DNA from: Camelus ferus
Lineage: Eukaryota
NCBI RefSeq assembly: GCF_009834535.1
Contig: NC_045697.1
Coordinates: forward strand, 3,722,001-3,786,000
Direction of reading: 5' to 3'
DNA: 64,000 nucleotides
Shown: positions 1 to 13,720 of the stretch, in pieces
How the letters are laid out: each line of letters opens with the position of its first letter
Numbering within the stretch: the stretch's first letter is position 1
Notes under the pieces: generated by a model
Database searches by the model: none
Told to the model about the DNA's origin: nothing
Seen by the model: only the letters and a program-made list of their open reading frames with translations
Program-made: the position numbers and the translations under genes

Positions 1-661
1 TTTGGAAGAAAGAAATGTGCTCCGGGGTTTCCTCCTTCACTCGTCCAACTGCCATTTCTTGAGTGTTTACCCTGTGCGGCCTCTGCCGGCTCCTGGGCAC
101 CCAGGGTAAATTCTAGCACAAGTAGCTAACGATGGCCAGAGGGGCACTGTGGGCGCAGATTCTCTTCCTTCGCCCTCTTCAGCCCTCACCAGGTGTAGGA
201 CTGTTATCCTCGTCCCAGTTTTATGGATGGGGAGAGTAAGGCTCCAAGGGTGAGCGCTGTGCGAAGTAACCTGGCAGCTGTTGGAGCCAAGGTTTGAACT
301 CACACTGCCTGCGTCTCCACCTTAGAAGCTCACTATCCTCACACGTTCCCCCTGTTCTGGTCCAGCTCAGCGCCACCAAGCCAGCCTAAAGCCTTCGCCC
401 CAGGAGCTCGCCGCCACCCGTCTGGGTGACAGACCTTCCCTTGCTCCTCTGTACTTTGCTCACACCTCCCTAGCCCGGCAGTGTCTCCCGGCTTGCCCCT
501 CCCCAGTTCCCCAGTTACCGGCCACCATTCAGGACCCGCCCTCATGTCCCTCCGGTACCGAGCATCCTCCTCCTCCAGCACCTCCTCCTCCTCGGGGGCA
601 CACCTCCTTGCCTTGGCCTGATTACTGGAGTGCCTTGAGGGCTGGTCTAGGGGGTGAGGTC

Positions 662-1075
662 TGTACTGAGTTGACTTGTGTCTCCCAGAAAGATCTGTCC
701 AAGTCCGAACCCCCAGAACCTGTGAATGTGAGCTTATTTGTAAGCAGGGTCTTTGCAGATGGAATCAGTTAAGCATCTTGAGATGAGATCGCCCTGGTGG
801 GTCCTAAACGCAACACCCAATCTCCTTATAAGAGACAGAAAAGAAGAAGACACAGAGGGAAAGGCCGTGCAAAGATGGAGGCAGAGATCAGGGTGGTTTG
901 TCTACAAGCCAAGAAGAACCAGGGACTGCCAGAAACCAGCAGAGGCCAGGAGAAAGGCCTGCATCGGAGTCCCCCTCGGAGCGTCCGGAAGCAACCAACC
1001 CTGCCAACACCTCGATTTTGGACTTCCGGCCCCTGAACTGTGTGACAACAGCTTCCTGTTGTTTTCACATGTTTT
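662..1075 (+). mobile_element. ERVL-MaLR solo LTR (MLT1C-like)
   Basis: Typical MLT1 text: ACCTGTGAATGTG..TTATTTG..AGGGTCTTTGCAGATG, CTTATAAGAG, CCCTGCCAACACCT. Confidence 0.8.
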
Positions 1076-1744
1076 CACTTTTGTGTCTGCATCGCCAGCC
1101 CCAGCGCAGGGCTGGCCCCAGCTGGATAAACCAGAAGTGTGTTTGAATCAAAACTTCGCTGTCCCTCTGATTCTGCAGCGGGAGGTCCCTCGGTGAGAAT
1201 GTCAAGGCTGTCTGAGGGATGGTTTTGTCTCTGCTGCTCCGTGATCCGCGGGGCCCTGGCTGCGCTGTTACTGCGAGCGCTTCGCCATTTCAGAGGTGGA
1301 GGCTCTGGCATCCCAGCAAAATCAGTACAAGGGAAAGGCCGCTTAGAACCAGTCCTCCGAGAAGGTCACAGCGAACTGGGGCAGGGGTGCGGAGACACGT
1401 TAGGTTAGAGATGAGCGAACAAAGGAGATCAAGGTGGGTTCCCGGAGCAGCCTGGGTGCAGGGACACAGGTGTGCTCAGTCGGAGAAATCACAGAGCTGT
1501 ATTCTCACGGAACCTGCCCTTCGCAGTGTGGGTATTTCCCTTCCGTCAGATGTTTTACAAATGGAGCCAGGAATCGTGAACATAAGCTTATTTTGCCCTC
1601 TAGGGAGCAAAACTGTAGATATAATTGGAATAAAGCAGTGATTTTTAGGACCAGTCACGTAAAAGCCAAAGCTAGAAATAGGGCCTTTTCTGGTGTAATT
1701 TTTCCAACAAAGTTCTGTGATAGCACAGCCCAACATCCTTCGCC

Positions 1745-1978
1745 TGGTGTTTCTATGTGTCAAGCTGACTGGGCCGCAGGATGCCCAGAGAGCAGGGAGA
1801 ACATGACTTCTGGGCGTGAGAGAGGGTGTTTCCCGAGGCACTTGCAGCAGTGGGCAAGCAAGGCAGGTGCCCTCCCCCATGCAGGTGGGCCTCGTCCCGT
1901 CCACCGAGGGCCCAAATAGAACACACGGTGGAGGAGGGAGGAATTCACTCTCTGCCTGACGGTTGAGGTGGGACATCA
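1745..1978 (+). mobile_element. ERVL LTR fragment (MLT2-like)
   Basis: ATGTGTCAAGCTGACTGGGCC...GATGCCCAGA and GCCCTCCCCCATGCAGGTGGGC match the MLT2 5' part as I recall it. Confidence 0.7.
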
Positions 1979-2888
1979 ACAATGGGAGTGTCTGCCTGGA
2001 GCTGCCAGCTGAGACTAAGGCTTAATGGGAATCTGTGCCTGATCGATTAGTAATGTCTGCCACGGGCTAGGGAGTGTCAGCAGCGGTCCGGCATATCAAT
2101 CCCAGCTTAAGGTGTTCTGCCTCCCAGAAACTCTAATAGGAGGATTTGAGAGTTGTATGTTCGAGGGTGGAATTTCTAGAACGTGTATAATGGGAAAAGC
2201 CTTTGGGACTTTCATAGAGTGTGGGGACATGAAACTGCAGAGTGATCTCCAGTTCCACGCAGAGCTTAGGTCTGCAGCGGAACCCTCCACCACCCTGCAG
2301 GACGTCTGATTTTCCACGCTGAGTGGTGGGTGATTTTCCCAGCTCCCTTTCAGATCAGTGGAACCAGATACGCTTTGCATGGAGAAAGGGCTGCAGGGCT
2401 GTCGCAGCGAGGAACCTTCAGCAATCACACGGACGTCTCGGTAGGTCCTTGTGCTGAGAGGTGACTGATCGTATGATTGAAACACGTTTGTACTAAAAGT
2501 ATTTTAAAAGCCCTTCTCTTGATTTATACCCAAAAGAAAACACCGCAAAGCAGAACGAGTTTTCAACTCAGGTAGCACTCGCGCCTGGTCTAACTAAACT
2601 AGCTCTTTTGAACGGGTGGTTTTGCTCTGATGCCTATAATAAAAATAACAATAATGTACATTTACAGGGTATTTTATCCTCTCCAAAGCGTGGACCTTTT
2701 GCAGTGTGCAATTCCCCTCATCCGTGAGACCAGCTGGGTGACAGGCAGGCGGGGGGGGGGGGGGCATGAGATTCCAGGGGCTGATCACATTTGGAAAAAT
2801 CAGCAAGTTTCAAACACACGAGAAAACCAATGTCCTGGGGCTCTAAGAGGCCCGGCAATAAAGAGGCCAGAAACCGGGGCTCCCCCTC

Positions 2889-3258
2889 TGTTATGGACTG
2901 AATCATCACCCCCAAAAAAATTCATATGCCAAAGCCCTAATCCTTGATGTGATGGTATTTGGAGGTGAGCCTTTGGGAGGTGATTTGGTCACATGAGGTC
3001 GTGAGAGTGGGGGCCCCAGGATGGAGTTAGTGTCCTCATAAGAAGAGGCAGAGCAGTGCTTCCCCGCTGTCTTGGCCACGTGGGGGCACTGGGAGACAGC
3101 AGCCCCTACAAAGCCAGGAAGAGAGCCCTCCCCAGACGCTGAGACTTCTAGTAATCTTGGACCTTGGTCCTGGACTCCTCAACATCCAGAACTGTCAGAA
3201 ATGTCTGCTGTTCAAGACCCCCGTCTGCGGTGTCTTGCAAGACAGCCTGAGCTAAGAC
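2889..3258 (+). mobile_element. ERVL-MaLR solo LTR (MLT1A-like)
   Basis: TGTTATGGACTGAAT...AAATTCATATG...GTGATGGTATTTGGAGGTG...GAGCTAAGAC. Confidence 0.8.
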
Positions 3259-5814
3259 CCACTCTGTCCTCTGAAGTTTGAGCTTGGGCCCCAGCTCAGC
3301 CTGGTGTAGAGACGTCGGGAGGTGTGGCTTCGAGTACCAGGCCTGAGCTGACCACGTGTGGCCTCAGGACACAGTCCCCTCTCAGATGGAGAAAGCGTTG
3401 CCCTCTCTCTGGCTGGCCCACCCTGAAATCACGTGGGTAGAAGGGAGGGCCTGGCCTGACACCAAGCTGCCTGCACTTCCCACCACTCCTCTCCCACGAC
3501 CCACGCGTCCTGCCTAGTTTTCAGGTGGTTCCCGTGTGCGCGTTCCCGGGCCCCCTGCCCTGGTTTCTTCCTTCCTACTTACCTTTTAAAACTGATACTC
3601 GTTCAAAATCTCCTCCTCCAAGAAGCCTGCCCTGACCACCCACACTCTTGGGAGGGTAACAATCCCCTGTCCTCCTGCAACCTCCTACAGGTCCCGTCAC
3701 TCGGGGTTGTCACTGTCTTTTGCACATCAGCCTCCCCCTGGACCTCAAGCCGCCTGCGGCAGAGCCTGGAAGTCACCCCAGCACCAAGCATCAGCCGATG
3801 CTTGGAGACCTGAGTTTAACATGGGCTCCCTGGTCGCCGCCTGCAAGCTCAGCCTTATCATGGTTCTGGAAATAGATGGAAACAGACCAGCCCCCAAATC
3901 TGGGGGGCTGGGGGAACCTGAAACCTATGTGAAGCGGTGTGTCAAGTGCTGTGTCATTAGTCCACAGCCTAGCCCCCAGTTCAAGAATCCACTCTGTAAC
4001 TTTGTAAAACAAGACCTGACCCCAAACCTCCCTCAAGACAAACTGGAGTCCAGCTCCACCCCTGAACACTAGCCCTGAAATCATAGCCAGCACTGTTTCT
4101 GGTGCAGTTTATGTGCGAGCCACGTGCCAGCTCTTTCCATGGGTCACCTCCCTCCATCCTGTGTGACAAGCATCATCACCCCGCTTCCCAGAAGAGGAAA
4201 CTGAGGCTCCTGGAGGGACCTATTCAGGCTCCTGTTGCTAACTCATGGCAGAGCTGGGACTGAATCCTGCCTCTGTCTGACCAGAGCCGGAGGTCCTCAC
4301 CCAGTGTCTGGACCCCCTCGGAGGCAGCTGAGTCAGTGGGAGGGGGTAGAGCCGCAGCCAGAAAGAGTCGGGCATTTTCCTTGGTTCTGGAACTCGTGCC
4401 CTCCCTGTGGAAGCTCTCCCTCTCTCCCAAAGGAATGAGCTTTCCCCTCTTCTTACTCTCCACATTTTTCTTTATATTGAGGTTATTTTGATGGCAAGCG
4501 ACAGCATCACAGCCGGAGCATGCAGAACGTGCAAAGGCACGGGGGTGCGATGGGGTGTAACAGGTTTAGGAAGCTAGAAATGATATGGGGAGGGCGCTGC
4601 AGGCAGTGGGCAGGGGGCTGGAGAGGTGAGCTGGGCCGAGTTAGGAAGGGCTTCAGATCCTATTCCACAGGAGATGGGAGTCCCTGGGGGTTTCTGAGAG
4701 GGCCATGCCCCTGTTGCCCTTCAGAAAGCGTCCTCTGCTGGCTGCTCAGCAGGTGGGTTGGTGGGTGATTCTGCTAAATTGCTAGCTCAGACTTCTCCAA
4801 GGACTGTCAGCCTCCAGGGCGATGCCACGAGTAGCTGACCACAGCTCACCCCCAGCAACACCCTGCGACCCAGACCTGGACTCGCCACCCTTCCCTTGGG
4901 TTTCCAGGCTTTCTTACCCTCAGGCAGCCTCTGTCCCCACTCTCCTCATTCAATGGTGATGCGAAAAATACAGGTAAAGAAAGCACACCAGGACATAAAA
5001 TGGCATTTGCTTCCATTACAGAAAACAAACGAGGCCCCGGAAGGCAGGGGGGCTTACACTGCAGAAATTCCAAGACTCCTTGGATGAATAATACGTGAAC
5101 AATCATGTAACTTTGCACTTTTAAAATGCTTTAATCCAGGGGCTCAAGCCCTTTGAAAATCATGAATTTGATTCAGGGAACATCTACCAAACGCCTCGTC
5201 TTTAAGCTAAGAACTGGGAAATTCCAGAACCATCCAGGCATTCAGGAAAGACCCATAAGGTGCTATCTGGGGGCCTCACTCAGAGGGGTAGTGAAGAGGT
5301 TTCAACGAAAGGGCTTTCGCACAGGTATGGGCTGGGGTTGAGGGGCTGGGATTTCCAGGGTCAATAGCAGGCAGTGTCACCACTCCCAGGTCTGAAGGGG
5401 CAGAAGGGGCCGACTGGGTAGACAGTGAAATCTGTAGCCATGGGCAGGTCTCCGGACAGGAGAGCACAGCCACTGGAGAACCCAGTGCAGGCAGGGATGA
5501 GCGGAGGAGCGATACCCAGGCCTCTCTCTCGCCTCGCCCTCCAGCCTCCTGCTGGGGCCTCCCATTGGCTGAGCACAACAGGAAGTCAGAGGCCGACCGC
5601 CTGGGTGGGCACATCCATAGAGGTCAGCCCCTGGGGCAGGAGCAGGGTTGGGAAGGGGGTGAGGGGGTCCCAGGGTGGCAAACAGACAAGGGCCTGCACG
5701 TGGGGAAGAATGCCGTTTCTTGGACACTCAGAGGCCCGAGGACTGCCGTTGGGCCCCACGACACCACTTAGGAGACAGATGTAACTCTTCCTGCCACTTT
5801 ACAGCTGGGCAGGA

Positions 5815-6185
5815 TGTGCTGGCCGAATCGGGTCCCTCCAAAATCCACGCTGAAATCCTGAGCCCCAGGACCCCAGAGTGTGACTGCATTGGAAGACTGG
5901 TCCTTAAAAGAGGTGGTCAAAGCAAAATGAAGCCATGGGGGCGGGCCCGGGTGCAACACGACTGGTGTCCTCACGGGGAGGGGTCAGGACGCAGATGCAC
6001 ACAGGGGCAGTCTGGGGAGGGCACAGGGAGAGCACAGCTGTCTACACGCCGAGGAGAGAGGCCTCAGAGAAGCCCACGTAGATCTCAGGCCTCTGCCTCC
6101 CGGCTGTGGGGCGACGCGTGCCTGCTGTCTGAGCTGCCCGGGCTGTGGCACTCTGCTACGGTGGCCCCAGGAAATGGCCCACAGA
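5815..6185 (+). mobile_element. ERVL-MaLR solo LTR (MLT1B-like), diverged
   Basis: CCCTCCAAAATCCACGCTGAAATCCTGAGCCCCAGGACCCCAGAGTGTGACTGCATTGGA... MLT1 pattern. Confidence 0.7.
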
Positions 6186-6711
6186 GGCGCTCGCCCAGAG
6201 CAGCACAGCAGAGAGCGGCGACCTGGGATCGCAGCCAGGTCTCGCTGCCCCCGCCCCTCCGCCCGCCGCCACCACCTCCAACGGCAAGGGCCTGGTGTCC
6301 TTACTTCCTGCCAGACCCAGCGCGTCTCACGCCCCGTGTTCCACAAAAGGCCCTGATTAGGAACAAAGTCTGATACCACTCACATGTAGCTGACGCTAAG
6401 CAGACACCCCTTATTTCTCTGGGGGCGATCCGACAGCAGCCTCCAACCCCCCAGCTCAGAATCCCTGGTGTCTGGGTGACCCTGAAACAGGAATCACCAC
6501 TGAGGGCTCTTCCTTGGCCCACTGTGGCCCTTTTGCGAGTAAAAAGTTCTGTTCAGGGCCTCACCCACCAAGAGGGGGGGTGAGAGTGACCCCAGGAGTC
6601 TAAGTTTGGGGCGTGTCTTCCTTTGTTCACCTTGATTTTGACTGAAGCACCCGGCCCAAGACTTCAATGAACACGAGGCTTTTTTTTCTCCCCAAACCGT
6701 TCTCTTGTGTA

Positions 6712-7195
6712 GTATTTATTAGTTTCCTAGGGCTGCTGTCGCAAAGAATTACAAATCGAGTGGCTTAAATCACAGAAATGTACCGCCTCCCAGTTCTGGG
6801 GGTTAGAAGTTTCAGATCAGGTGTGGGAAGTTTGGGCTCAGGTGTCAGCAGGCTGGCTCCCTCTGAGCCTGCGACGGAGGATTTGCTCCAGGCCTCTCTC
6901 CTGGTGTCAGGGGGCTTGCTGGCTGTTCTTGGGGTTCCTTGGCCTGCAGATCTCTGCCTTCATTATCACATGGCATTCTCTGTGTGTGCGCACACGTGTG
7001 TGTGTGACCTTGTATCCAAAGGTTCCATTTTTATAAAGATACGGTCATGTTGGATCAGGACCCACCCTGAAGACCTCCCTTTAATTTGATCGTATGTAAA
7101 GATCCTGTCTCCAAATAAGGCTACATTCTCAGGTCCTGGAGTGAGGACACCAGCATATGAATTTGCGGGGGGACCACGACTGAATCCACCACACA
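6712..7195 (-). mobile_element. ERVL-MaLR solo LTR (MLT1-like)
   Basis: AGTTTCCTAGGGCTGCTGT...GTGGCTTAAA...CAGTTCTGG...CCAAATAAGG..ACATTC is the antisense MLT1 pattern. Confidence 0.8.
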
Positions 7196-8869
7196 GTCTA
7201 ATACACAAGCACAAGAGTATGCGAGACAGAGATGTCCAGCTTCACTGTGACTCTAACCCGCATGGCCCCAGCCCAGGACAAGAAGCAGAACAGGGAGGCC
7301 CCAGAGGCCCTGAGCCCTTCCCGGTGGCAGCCCTGAGGTAGCCAGGGCCCGACTGTGACGTCACAGGGGCCTCGCCATGCTGTGCGGTTCTGCACCCTCA
7401 GCCCACGTGCACGTCTAGACCCAGAGCTCGGCTGTCACCTGACACCAGGAGACCCACCCAGGGCCGCGTTATGTGGACAAGGCACGTCCGCATCCGCTTT
7501 AGCTGTGTGGACCCAGCCCCACCCCCCCGGGCCGCTGGATCCGAGGGGATGTGCATCCTGACCTTCCTGAAGAACAGCAAACTGTCCTCCCACTTGACAC
7601 CGCCCGAGAGCAGGTTTCAGGTAGAGGATGGAGCAGAGCCCGTAGAGGAAGTCAAACTTGTGCTCTCCAGAGCAGGGCTGCCATGGAGGGCTGGCCTCTT
7701 CTGGGCACCGGCTCTGCACCGGGCATCTGTCCACCTTGCCTGGCATCATCTCCTGGAGGCCCTGCAAGGTGTCCAAACGTCCCCACTTCCCAGGCGGCGA
7801 GTGAGCGGATTGACTGACTTGTCCGGGGTCACACAGCAGATCTGAGTTTGGAACCCAGGCCTGTCCAACTGTAAACCCTGTGCACGATTAAGTGCACAGA
7901 AAGCCGGCGGGAGGAGAGCTTTCCAGTCTAAAACCCTCCCTCCAGGAGTAAACTGGGGAGAGCAGGACCGTACGTGACATCTCGACGCAGGCAGAACATC
8001 GCTTAGTCTCCCCGGCCCCAAATCCCTCAAACTATCAGCTCCTGGACATTAGGGAGTCCGCGCGCTGACTCCAGCAAGCTGCCCCAGATGTGCTAAAATC
8101 GCAGGGCAATTTAAATGTGTTTCGTGTTTCCTGATTTACAGACGAGGCTGTGAAGAAAGCCTGGGCGGCTGGCCATGCAAGCACGTTCGTAGAGGAGCAG
8201 TTACGGAGTTATTTCTGGTCTACTTAGCAAGTGGCCCACCCTTCTCCCTTCTGGAAGCCTCAGAGGGTTTGTTCTTACCAGAGAAGACTCAGAGAACGCA
8301 TTCGCAGGCGGAACCTGGGCTTTGCTCCCCGCCTTTCCGATCATTTCTCACGCAGTAATTTACAGAACCATTCAGAGCAGTGAGATGCACCAGCAATTAA
8401 TCCGAAACATTAATTCTCCGGAGACCCGCCTTCCACTCGAGCCTTGGCACCCTGGTGGAACCGTGAACGTCGGATAGGTCTGTCCCTGTGGCTCTGGGCC
8501 TCCCCTCCCCGGGACCAGGCCCTCTCCCCCAGCACCACGGCAGCTTCCAGCCCAAGATAAGCTACCCTCGGCCAGCACTTGTCAGGTTACCAGGCCTGTT
8601 CACAGTGAGCGGACCCGCGGGGCCACCCTGGAGGAGAGGAGGCAGCGGTGGGCTCTGTTTCACCAGGGGAAGAAACTGCATTCAGGCCAAGACCCCTTGG
8701 CACAGAGTTAGCGTCAGGCTGGAGCCAGGACCACCCTCGCCCTTCCCCACAGTTCCTCTGAGCACTGAGCTCACAGGACGAAGGATACTCCAGTTTCCGA
8801 TCTGTGTGAGGGGTTGGCACGGTGGGATGAAATTCTAATAAAGTGGTGGGGCTAACAATATTAACTGCC

Positions 8870-9290
8870 TGTGACGGTTTGAATTTCATCCTCCCCAAAA
8901 TCATCTGCTGACCTCCTAACCCCTGGTACTTCAGACCGTGAACTTATTTAGAAATAAGTTCCACTGCAAGAGTAATTCAGATGCAGTCACGCTGGAGCAG
9001 CGTGGACCTTAACCCAGTGCGACCGATGTTCTCATCAAAATGGGAAATTGGACACAAACAGGCATACGGGGAGAAGGCCCTGTGAAGGTGGAGGCAGCGG
9101 CCAGGGTGCTTCCAGAAGCCAAGACGGCCAGCACAGCCCAGGAAGCCAGGGCGGAGGCCCATGGCAGATCGTCCCTCTCAGCCTCAGAAGGAGCTAGCCC
9201 TGCCAACACCTTGACTATGAACTTCTGGCCTCCGGAACTGTGAGAGAACACATTTCCATGCTGTAAGCCCCCGGTTTGTGGACCTCTTAC
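8870..9290 (+). mobile_element. ERVL-MaLR solo LTR (MLT1B/C-like)
   Basis: TAACCCCTGGTACTTCAGA..GTGAACTTATTTAGAAATAAG...GCCAACACCTTGA..AACTTCTGGCCTCCGGAACTGTGAGA. Confidence 0.8.
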
Positions 9291-11454
9291 AGGACACCAG
9301 TGCCCTTTGCTTAGCAGCTTCGTGCAGGAGCCTTAGGCTGGTGTCCAAATGTCGGCCTCGTGCTGCCAGCCAGATGCCCTGGACTGGACCTCCCACCTCC
9401 TCTGATCTGCAGGGTCTTAGGAAGTTAAGGTTGCCTTTGATGGTAAATACTTAAATCTCAACCCCAAATGGCTTAAACAACAAGGAAAAGGAACCATCCT
9501 CACATAACCAGAGGTTCAGAGACAGGGGTCACTCAAGGGACCCAAAGCAGAGAACTGGTTCACCCTGTGCAGACCCTCAGCCCTCAGAACCGGGAGATAA
9601 TGAGTGTGGGCTATTTGGGGTCATCTGTTATGCAGCAATGGGAAGCTAATACAGGGCACAACCACGTGAGAACAGAAGCCAGGTCTCGGCCCCGCCTCGA
9701 GGGAGCCAGAGAAGCTACAACTCATTGACATGGGAGAACACAATTGAGATGAATGAACTAGACCCACATGTATCAACACAGATAAACCTCCAAAAACTGG
9801 GTGTGCAGCGAGCTGAGCCAGTCGCCAGGGGGGTAGCTGGTGCTGCCCTCTATGTAAATGCGGGCAGCCACAGGTATCACAGATAGAACGTGATGCAGGA
9901 GCCAAGCCTCATAAGAACGGCAGCACCAGCCTGGGGACCAGAGCTGCTTCGGGCAGAGGGGGAGGCAGGAAGGGTCTGCACCCCTGCTGTGCCGGCAACA
10001 TTCAGGTCCCTGGATGGTTTTGGAGATCAGGAAATCTAAACCTGTAGAGTGTCCATGGTGGGAATGTCAGTGCATTGGGGTTATTTTCTGAATTTTTTGG
10101 CATGTTTTAAAACATTTTAAATTGGTTCTAATACCTGGGCCTGCCATTTATAAGCCAAGGATTTTGACCAAACTTTAAAAATCTCCAAATGTCTTGTAAT
10201 GCTCGTGGCAGCAGGCTGCTGACTTGCGGGTGGGCCCGTCCCTCTGTCCACGGTCCAGCGGTCTCCTCTGTCAGCACAGCCGCTCCTGCCAGAGGCCCTG
10301 CAGCTCACTCATGGGTCACACTGTGCCCTCGCCCCTCCTCACAGAGAGTCAGAGCCCTGGATCTCGCTGGGGGGGCTCTGGCTGTGCGGGAGCCCAAGGC
10401 CACACAGGACTGCCTACAAGGCTCTAGGGGGTTCATGGGGCACCCCAGCCCTTGGGATCGGTGCCCAGTGCTGGCTGTTCTAACGGATGAAGGTGGCTTG
10501 CCTACCTCATCAAGGTCATCTGTGGGCAGGCTCAAGCTTGGGGGTGGGATTCTGTGTCCTGAGCCCCACCACGGGCCAGCTTCTCCCCATGTGGTTTACT
10601 TACCTCTCCTCCCCGCTTCTCCCACCTGGGCAGCGATAAAGTCACCCCTTACTCACAGCCTCTCCTCTGCCTCTGGAACACCTCTCCCAGCCCCCAGCCC
10701 ACACCCCTTCCCCCTCATCTGCCTGGCTAATGCCTCAAAGACTCCAGAACCACCTCCTCCAGGAAGCCTGCCCTGATCTCTGAGTGTGGGCCCCTGGGCC
10801 CCTCCCCTCAGGAACAGCACTTACACATCACCTGCGTGGAATGAATGGCATCGGTGTGTATGTCATCTCCCCCACTAGTCTGTGGGCTCCCTGAGGGTGG
10901 TGGCCGTGTCTCATTCCTCACACACTGGGTCAGTGCGGAGTAGCCCTTCCGGGAACGAGGAATGAAGGAATGAACAAACAAGTGAGTGAAGAGACTTGCC
11001 CAAGGTCACAGGCATAGTTAATAGCCGACCCCCGCACTCCTGATGCCGAGCACACCCACCTCCCTCAGAGTGCCCGCCCGGGAAACACACCAGACCACGT
11101 GTCCTGAGCTGTCTGCCCGTGACACTCTCCAAGCTCGACTGACACCCAAGATGCCCGTTCCACCCTCCCCAGGAGGGGCCGGCATGGCCACGCTGCCCGG
11201 GGCTCCTCTGCAGCCTCCGACCCCTGGGGCCTAAGCTGGACTCACACTGAGGGTCACTTTCCCAGAGCCTCAAGTTGGACTTTCTTTTAAAATTTAGAAA
11301 CAAGATGTTTAATGTAGGAGTCACAAAGAACCGCCAAGTTCAGAGGTAGATAAAAAAGGGTATGAAGTAAAAAGTACAAGTGCCATTCCTCCCGCCCCGC
11401 AGCCACTGTGCACAGGTGGGTGTGGCTCCTTCCAGACGTTTGCCCCTCCCTCAC

Positions 11455-11456
<2 letters not shown>

Positions 11457-11504
<48 letters not shown>
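11457..11504. repeat. (AC)24 microsatellite
   Basis: Counted directly. Confidence 0.97.
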
Positions 11505-11506
<2 letters not shown>

Positions 11507-12636
11507 ATTTGTCTCACGAAGCCCAGATTTATATATCCTCATCCTGTCCTCTTCCTCCAACGGAGTCTTGTGGGCTCTGTCCAGGAGCCTCTAAAACACG
11601 GGGGCCAGTACACGGATGGCCTTCGGAACGATGCGGTTAAATGAATATTACCCACAGCACAGAATCGAGAAACCATTTAAGAATCAAGGAGAAAAAAGTG
11701 TGATCCAATATCTTGAAAACTCCCACTCACAACAGACTCTCCTTTGGGTCAACGGGAGAGAATCCTCGTTCGTGCCTTCATTCAACACATGTTTACCGCG
11801 TGCCTATCGGGGGGCAGACACTACTCAAAACACGAGGTGCAGGCCCAGCCGGGACCCTCCCCTCCCACACTTACTCTCTAGTGGAGGGAGGGAGACAATA
11901 AACAGAGAAATAAATAAAACTCGAGTCTATCAGATACTAATTCCAAGGAGAAAAAGAAGGCAGGAGAGAGGGCTGGGGGCACGGTGGGGGTCTGACCACC
12001 GACCCTGGGCTCCGCTAGTCTCCTGGCCCACCTCCTTCCTCCCCCGTGGTTGGCACCCACCTGCGCCTGGGGCCCCTGTGCTTTCAGACTCTGAGAAAAC
12101 ACCCCCTGGGCTCTGGACCCCTGAATGGCCAGCGAGGGCTGAGTGGAACCACCCGGATTGGTGAGCGGATTAGCTCCTGGCGTGAACCTTGACCAGTAAG
12201 AAGCGGGGCGGAGAGAGGAGTGAGCAGACATGCCCCCCCCCACCCCGTGCCCTCACCTGCGGACTCCTCCAAAATACAACCCCTTCCTGCCAACTTTCCG
12301 GAGAACTGCTATGTGCTGAATGGCCTCCTGCGCATCGTCAGTTCACCATGACACTGGTGACACGGTGGCCCCTTTCCCTCTCCTCACTGGTTCCCTTCCC
12401 CCTCACCCTCACCGGCCTGGGCATGCAGCTCCCAGCTGAAGCATTAACACCCCAATCCTAGCCTCAGGCTCTGCTTTCTTTAGGGCCACAGCTCAAGTGC
12501 CCTCTCAAGATGCAATTTTAAAAGAAAAAAAAAAGGAGTTGCATGAGTTAGCCTTGTGGGGGTGGATCCATTTTGTGTCTTGACTGCAGTGGTATTTATA
12601 TGAATCTACACATGTGATAAAATTGCATAAAGCTAT

Positions 12637-12660
12637 ACACACACACACACACACACACAC
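12637..12660. repeat. (AC)12 microsatellite at the end of a short L1 3'UTR-like fragment
   Basis: Counted directly; preceded by GAATCTACACATGTGATAAAATTGCATA (L1MD-like). Confidence 0.9.
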
Positions 12661-13311
12661 AAAGGTGCAATTTTAAACATTCCAAAAGGCACTATCCTCA
12701 CTAAGAAAGGGCATTTGACAAACGCTTCAAAGAGGTGAGAGAAGCAGCCAGGTGGGTGTCTGGGGAAAGAGCGGTCTAGGCAGAGGGAAGGGCAAGTGCA
12801 GACGCCCAGGCCTGCGGGCAGATTGCAGGGGCGCTGAACAAGACCATCCCCACTGCCCTTTGGAGCCTGTTCCGACAGTGCTCCCCTCCGCTGCCGGGCA
12901 GCCCAGCCTCAGACAGGCCTGCGCTCGCTCACCTGCCTGAAGGCCATCGGCCACCCAGAGGGCGGTGAAGGGTCAGGGAGATGCTGGCTTGGCGAGCTTA
13001 CAGCGTTGAGCTTGGAGGACCGGGCTCTCTGGCCTGGCCCCCAGCGGTTCCCTCTGAGTCCAGAACACACCTGTCCTGCCTCTTGCCCCCTCTTGCCTGG
13101 AGGACTCCTCCTCACCTGCTGCCATCACAGACCATCCCTCCAGTCCTTCCGCACCTGGTCATCCCTGAGTCACTTGCCAGCCGGGCCCCGGGCCTGGAGG
13201 ACATCATGGTGGGTAAGGGTGTGGACTCATCTCGTCCCTGGGATGCAGATGTGGCTACTGAACGTGGGCCCCCTTGCCCCAGCACGTCTCTGTAAATGGT
13301 ACCATTAGTCC

Positions 13312-13720
13312 CTGTTCAGTTGCATCCCTCTGAAGTGAATGAAATGAGGGCTCTAGAAAGATATGACACCCAGAACCGGGGACTATGACCTTATCTGGAA
13401 ACAGGGCCTTTGCAGATTAAGGCTTTTGAGATGAGCTCATCCTGGATTTAAGGTGGGCGCTAAATCCAATGACTAGTGTCCTTGTAAGATAAAGGAGGGA
13501 GATCTGAGACACAGGGACACTCAGAGGAGACGGAGTGAGGATGGAGGCAGAGCCTGGAGTGATGTGGCCACGACAAACCACTGGAAGCTGGGGGAGGGGC
13601 CTGGAACAGACCTTCCAGAAGAAGCCACCTGGCAACAACCGTGATGTCAGACTTCGGGCCTCCTGAACAGTGAGCGTGAATTTGTGTTGTTTTAAGGCAC
13701 TCAGTTTGCAGCAACGAGGT
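13312..13720 (+). mobile_element. ERVL-MaLR solo LTR (MLT1C-like)
   Basis: TGACCTTATCTGGAAACAGGGCCTTTGCAGAT...TAAATCCAATGACTAGTGTCCTTGTAAGA. Confidence 0.75.

Noticed and set aside
1593..1606. CTCF-like TCCCTAGAGGGCAA (minus strand), and CACCCAGAGGGCGG at ~12952
   Set aside because: Mismatches at informative 5' core positions; such partial matches are expected by chance in GC-rich 64 kb.
2751..2764. G14 homopolymer and similar G/C runs (~26490, 29245, 39896, 41113)
   Set aside because: Isolated slippage tracts of uncertain assembled length with no shared context.
5675..6373. 232-aa ORF
   Set aside because: Runs through an MLT1 LTR in GC-rich DNA, non-ATG start, low-information composition.
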